Source of the DNA: Patescibacteria group bacterium
GTDB lineage: Bacteria > Patescibacteriota > Microgenomatia > UBA8517
Assembly: GCA_038206135.1 (NCBI GenBank)
Contig: JBBRBD010000003.1
Location: forward strand, 4,453 to 68,452
Direction: 5' to 3'
DNA length: 64,000 nt
The notes under the pieces are model-generated. The model was not told the origin of the DNA and searched no databases. It saw only the letters and a list, made by a program, of their open reading frames with translations. The translations under genes and the position numbers were made by a program. Of this stretch, positions 62,856-64,000 are shown piece by piece; positions within the stretch are counted from its first letter, which is position 1, and each line of letters begins with the position of its first letter.

Positions 62856-63332
62856 CTATATTGAAGGTTGAATATTAAGCTCAGTGTAATTACAGTGACA
62901 TACCGCAGTAGATGACTTATTTACAACGGCACCCCATTGCCATGACCCTTTTGCAGCTGCAGTATCTGGAGAGCTCCAATTCAAATCAAGCTGCCAACCG
63001 GCGCATGGACTTGGCTGACCTAAGACGATCGTTTGACCTGGCTTTAAAGTGACAATGTTACTCACATCCTGACAATAATCAGTATCATAACAATCTATCG
63101 CATAGGCAAAGCGAACCGAAATTTTTTGCGTATTGGTTATCTTAAAACAGTCCGTGTTATTCCAATTTCCACTACAAGGAACCACTGGTACTGGTGGTAA
63201 TGCAGCTTTGGTCCGTGAAAATTCAGTTGTTTTTGCCATTGCCACCAGACCGATTGAAAGCCCAAAAAGCAACACCAACAATCCTAAAAATCCTTTTTTT
63301 GAATACAGATGATTGTGATTATATTTGGCCAT
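62856..63332 (-). CDS. Membrane-anchored Cys-rich secreted protein, hypothetical
   Basis: N-terminal TM helix (GFLGLLVLLFGLSIGLVAMA). 8 Cys in 120 aa. Confidence 0.45.
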   Translation of the reverse strand: MAKYNHNHLYSKKGFLGLLVLLFGLSIGLVAMAKTTEFSRTKAALPPVPVVPCSGNWNNTDCFKITNTQKISVRFAYAIDCYDTDYCQDVSNIVTLKPGQTIVLGQPSPCAGWQLDLNWSSPDTAAAKGSWQWGAVVNKSSTAVCHCNYTELNIQPSI

Positions 63333-63344
63333 TTTTGTATATTT

Positions 63345-64000
63345 TTAATTCCCCCATGCAGTGCACGTCTTTACTCCCGAAATGGCATTGCAACTTCTAA
63401 ATCCACATTTATATGTACCTGCTGAATATGCAATTGGGAAACTTGCAAAGACTGCTCTTTGTGCTGCAACGATAGTGGAAGTCTTCGATACTTTCGTAGT
63501 TGTTGCTTTACCTGAAGCGTCAAAGTAAACACAGGAGAGCTCATATGAGACCTGGGTATTTAGGGGAGCTGATAAAACTGCAGGCATTGAACATATTGAA
63601 ACACTTCCTTTTTGGACTCTTCCATTCCCCACGATGTCACATCGTGCACCAGGAGTACAAGCATTAGGAATTGAAGTTGGTGCTGGTGTTGATGTTGGTG
63701 TTGATGACGGAGCTACAGTAGGCGTTACGGTAGGAGCCGGTGTAGACGCAGCAATTACATTAATGGTGAATGGTCTTGAACAATACAAGTTCATGTATCC
63801 AGGATATGTAGCATATTGATCAATTGTCATACTAACAGTGCCAACCTTAAGAGCTGTAACAGTAAGTGCAAGATATTGATATGTAGAGGGAGCATTAAGA
63901 AGTGACTTTCCATTAAACTGAACGGGATTTGTTGTTGCTATGGCTGGATTTGGATTTACAACAACCAACTTGTCCCAAGTTCCTTGTTGAACGGTGAAAC
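63345..64000 (-). CDS. Secreted protein with a Thr/Pro linker, partial (N-terminus beyond the window end)
   Basis: The frame stays open to nt 64000. The listed start is TTG, so the true start is upstream. The linker is APTVTPTVAPSSTPTSTPAPTS. Confidence 0.5.
   Translation of the reverse strand, partial: FTVQQGTWDKLVVVNPNPAIATTNPVQFNGKSLLNAPSTYQYLALTVTALKVGTVSMTIDQYATYPGYMNLYCSRPFTINVIAASTPAPTVTPTVAPSSTPTSTPAPTSIPNACTPGARCDIVGNGRVQKGSVSICSMPAVLSAPLNTQVSYELSCVYFDASGKATTTKVSKTSTIVAAQRAVFASFPIAYSAGTYKCGFRSCNAISGVKTCTAWGN

Overview
The window reads as a low-GC (~40%) genome fragment with the gene content of a small-genome, Gram-positive-type bacterium, possibly a Candidate Phyla Radiation (Patescibacteria) lineage. 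That assignment rests on a 23S rRNA group I intron, two sortases with LPXTG-type substrates, giant repetitive surface proteins and PglL/Wzy_C-like proteins; it is an inference, not proven.

Layout:
- 1-22016 (+): a ~22 kb cell-surface island. It holds a >2,950-aa Thr/Gly/Ser/Asn-rich repeat protein (5' end off-window, nested intragenic duplications), a 1.5 kb AT-rich noncoding spacer carrying a strong intrinsic terminator, two tandem paralogous ~1,490-aa DUF2341 + multi-LamG (Laminin_G_3) membrane-anchored proteins joined by an ATGA overlap, and an 887-aa secreted ConA-like/FN3 protein.
- 22266-37439: housekeeping genes (ndk, M16 peptidase, argS, MgtA-like P-type ATPase, leuS, LysM-M23 peptidase, rho), interleaved with an integrase-N (SAM-like core-binding) domain fused to a transmembrane protein and a Wzy_C/TPR protein.
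- 37970-46009 (-): a sortase-bracketed surface-assembly locus. In transcription order it runs sortase, a small secreted protein with a variant P-x-[KR]-T-G-I-A sorting signal, a secreted protein, a 1,219-aa polytopic GT-C-like membrane protein, a secreted protein, a canonical LPKTG substrate, and a second sortase.
- 46357-53574 (-): a small hypothetical protein, radA, two secreted/anchored hypotheticals, rpsA (4 S1 domains), an M50 site-2 protease and a small membrane protein.
- 53709-57565 (-): 5S rRNA, a 23S rRNA interrupted by an ORF-less ~507-nt group I intron at E. coli site ~1931 (P1 and P10 pairings are readable in the sequence), and tRNA-Ala(TGC). No 16S gene is linked.
- 57851-64000: more secreted and membrane-anchored hypotheticals, including a GT28/MGDG-synthase-like gene and a protein with a C-terminal pilin-like motif.

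The most notable systems are the LamG/DUF2341 adhesin-like island, the dual-sortase locus with non-canonical sorting signals, and the rRNA intron.
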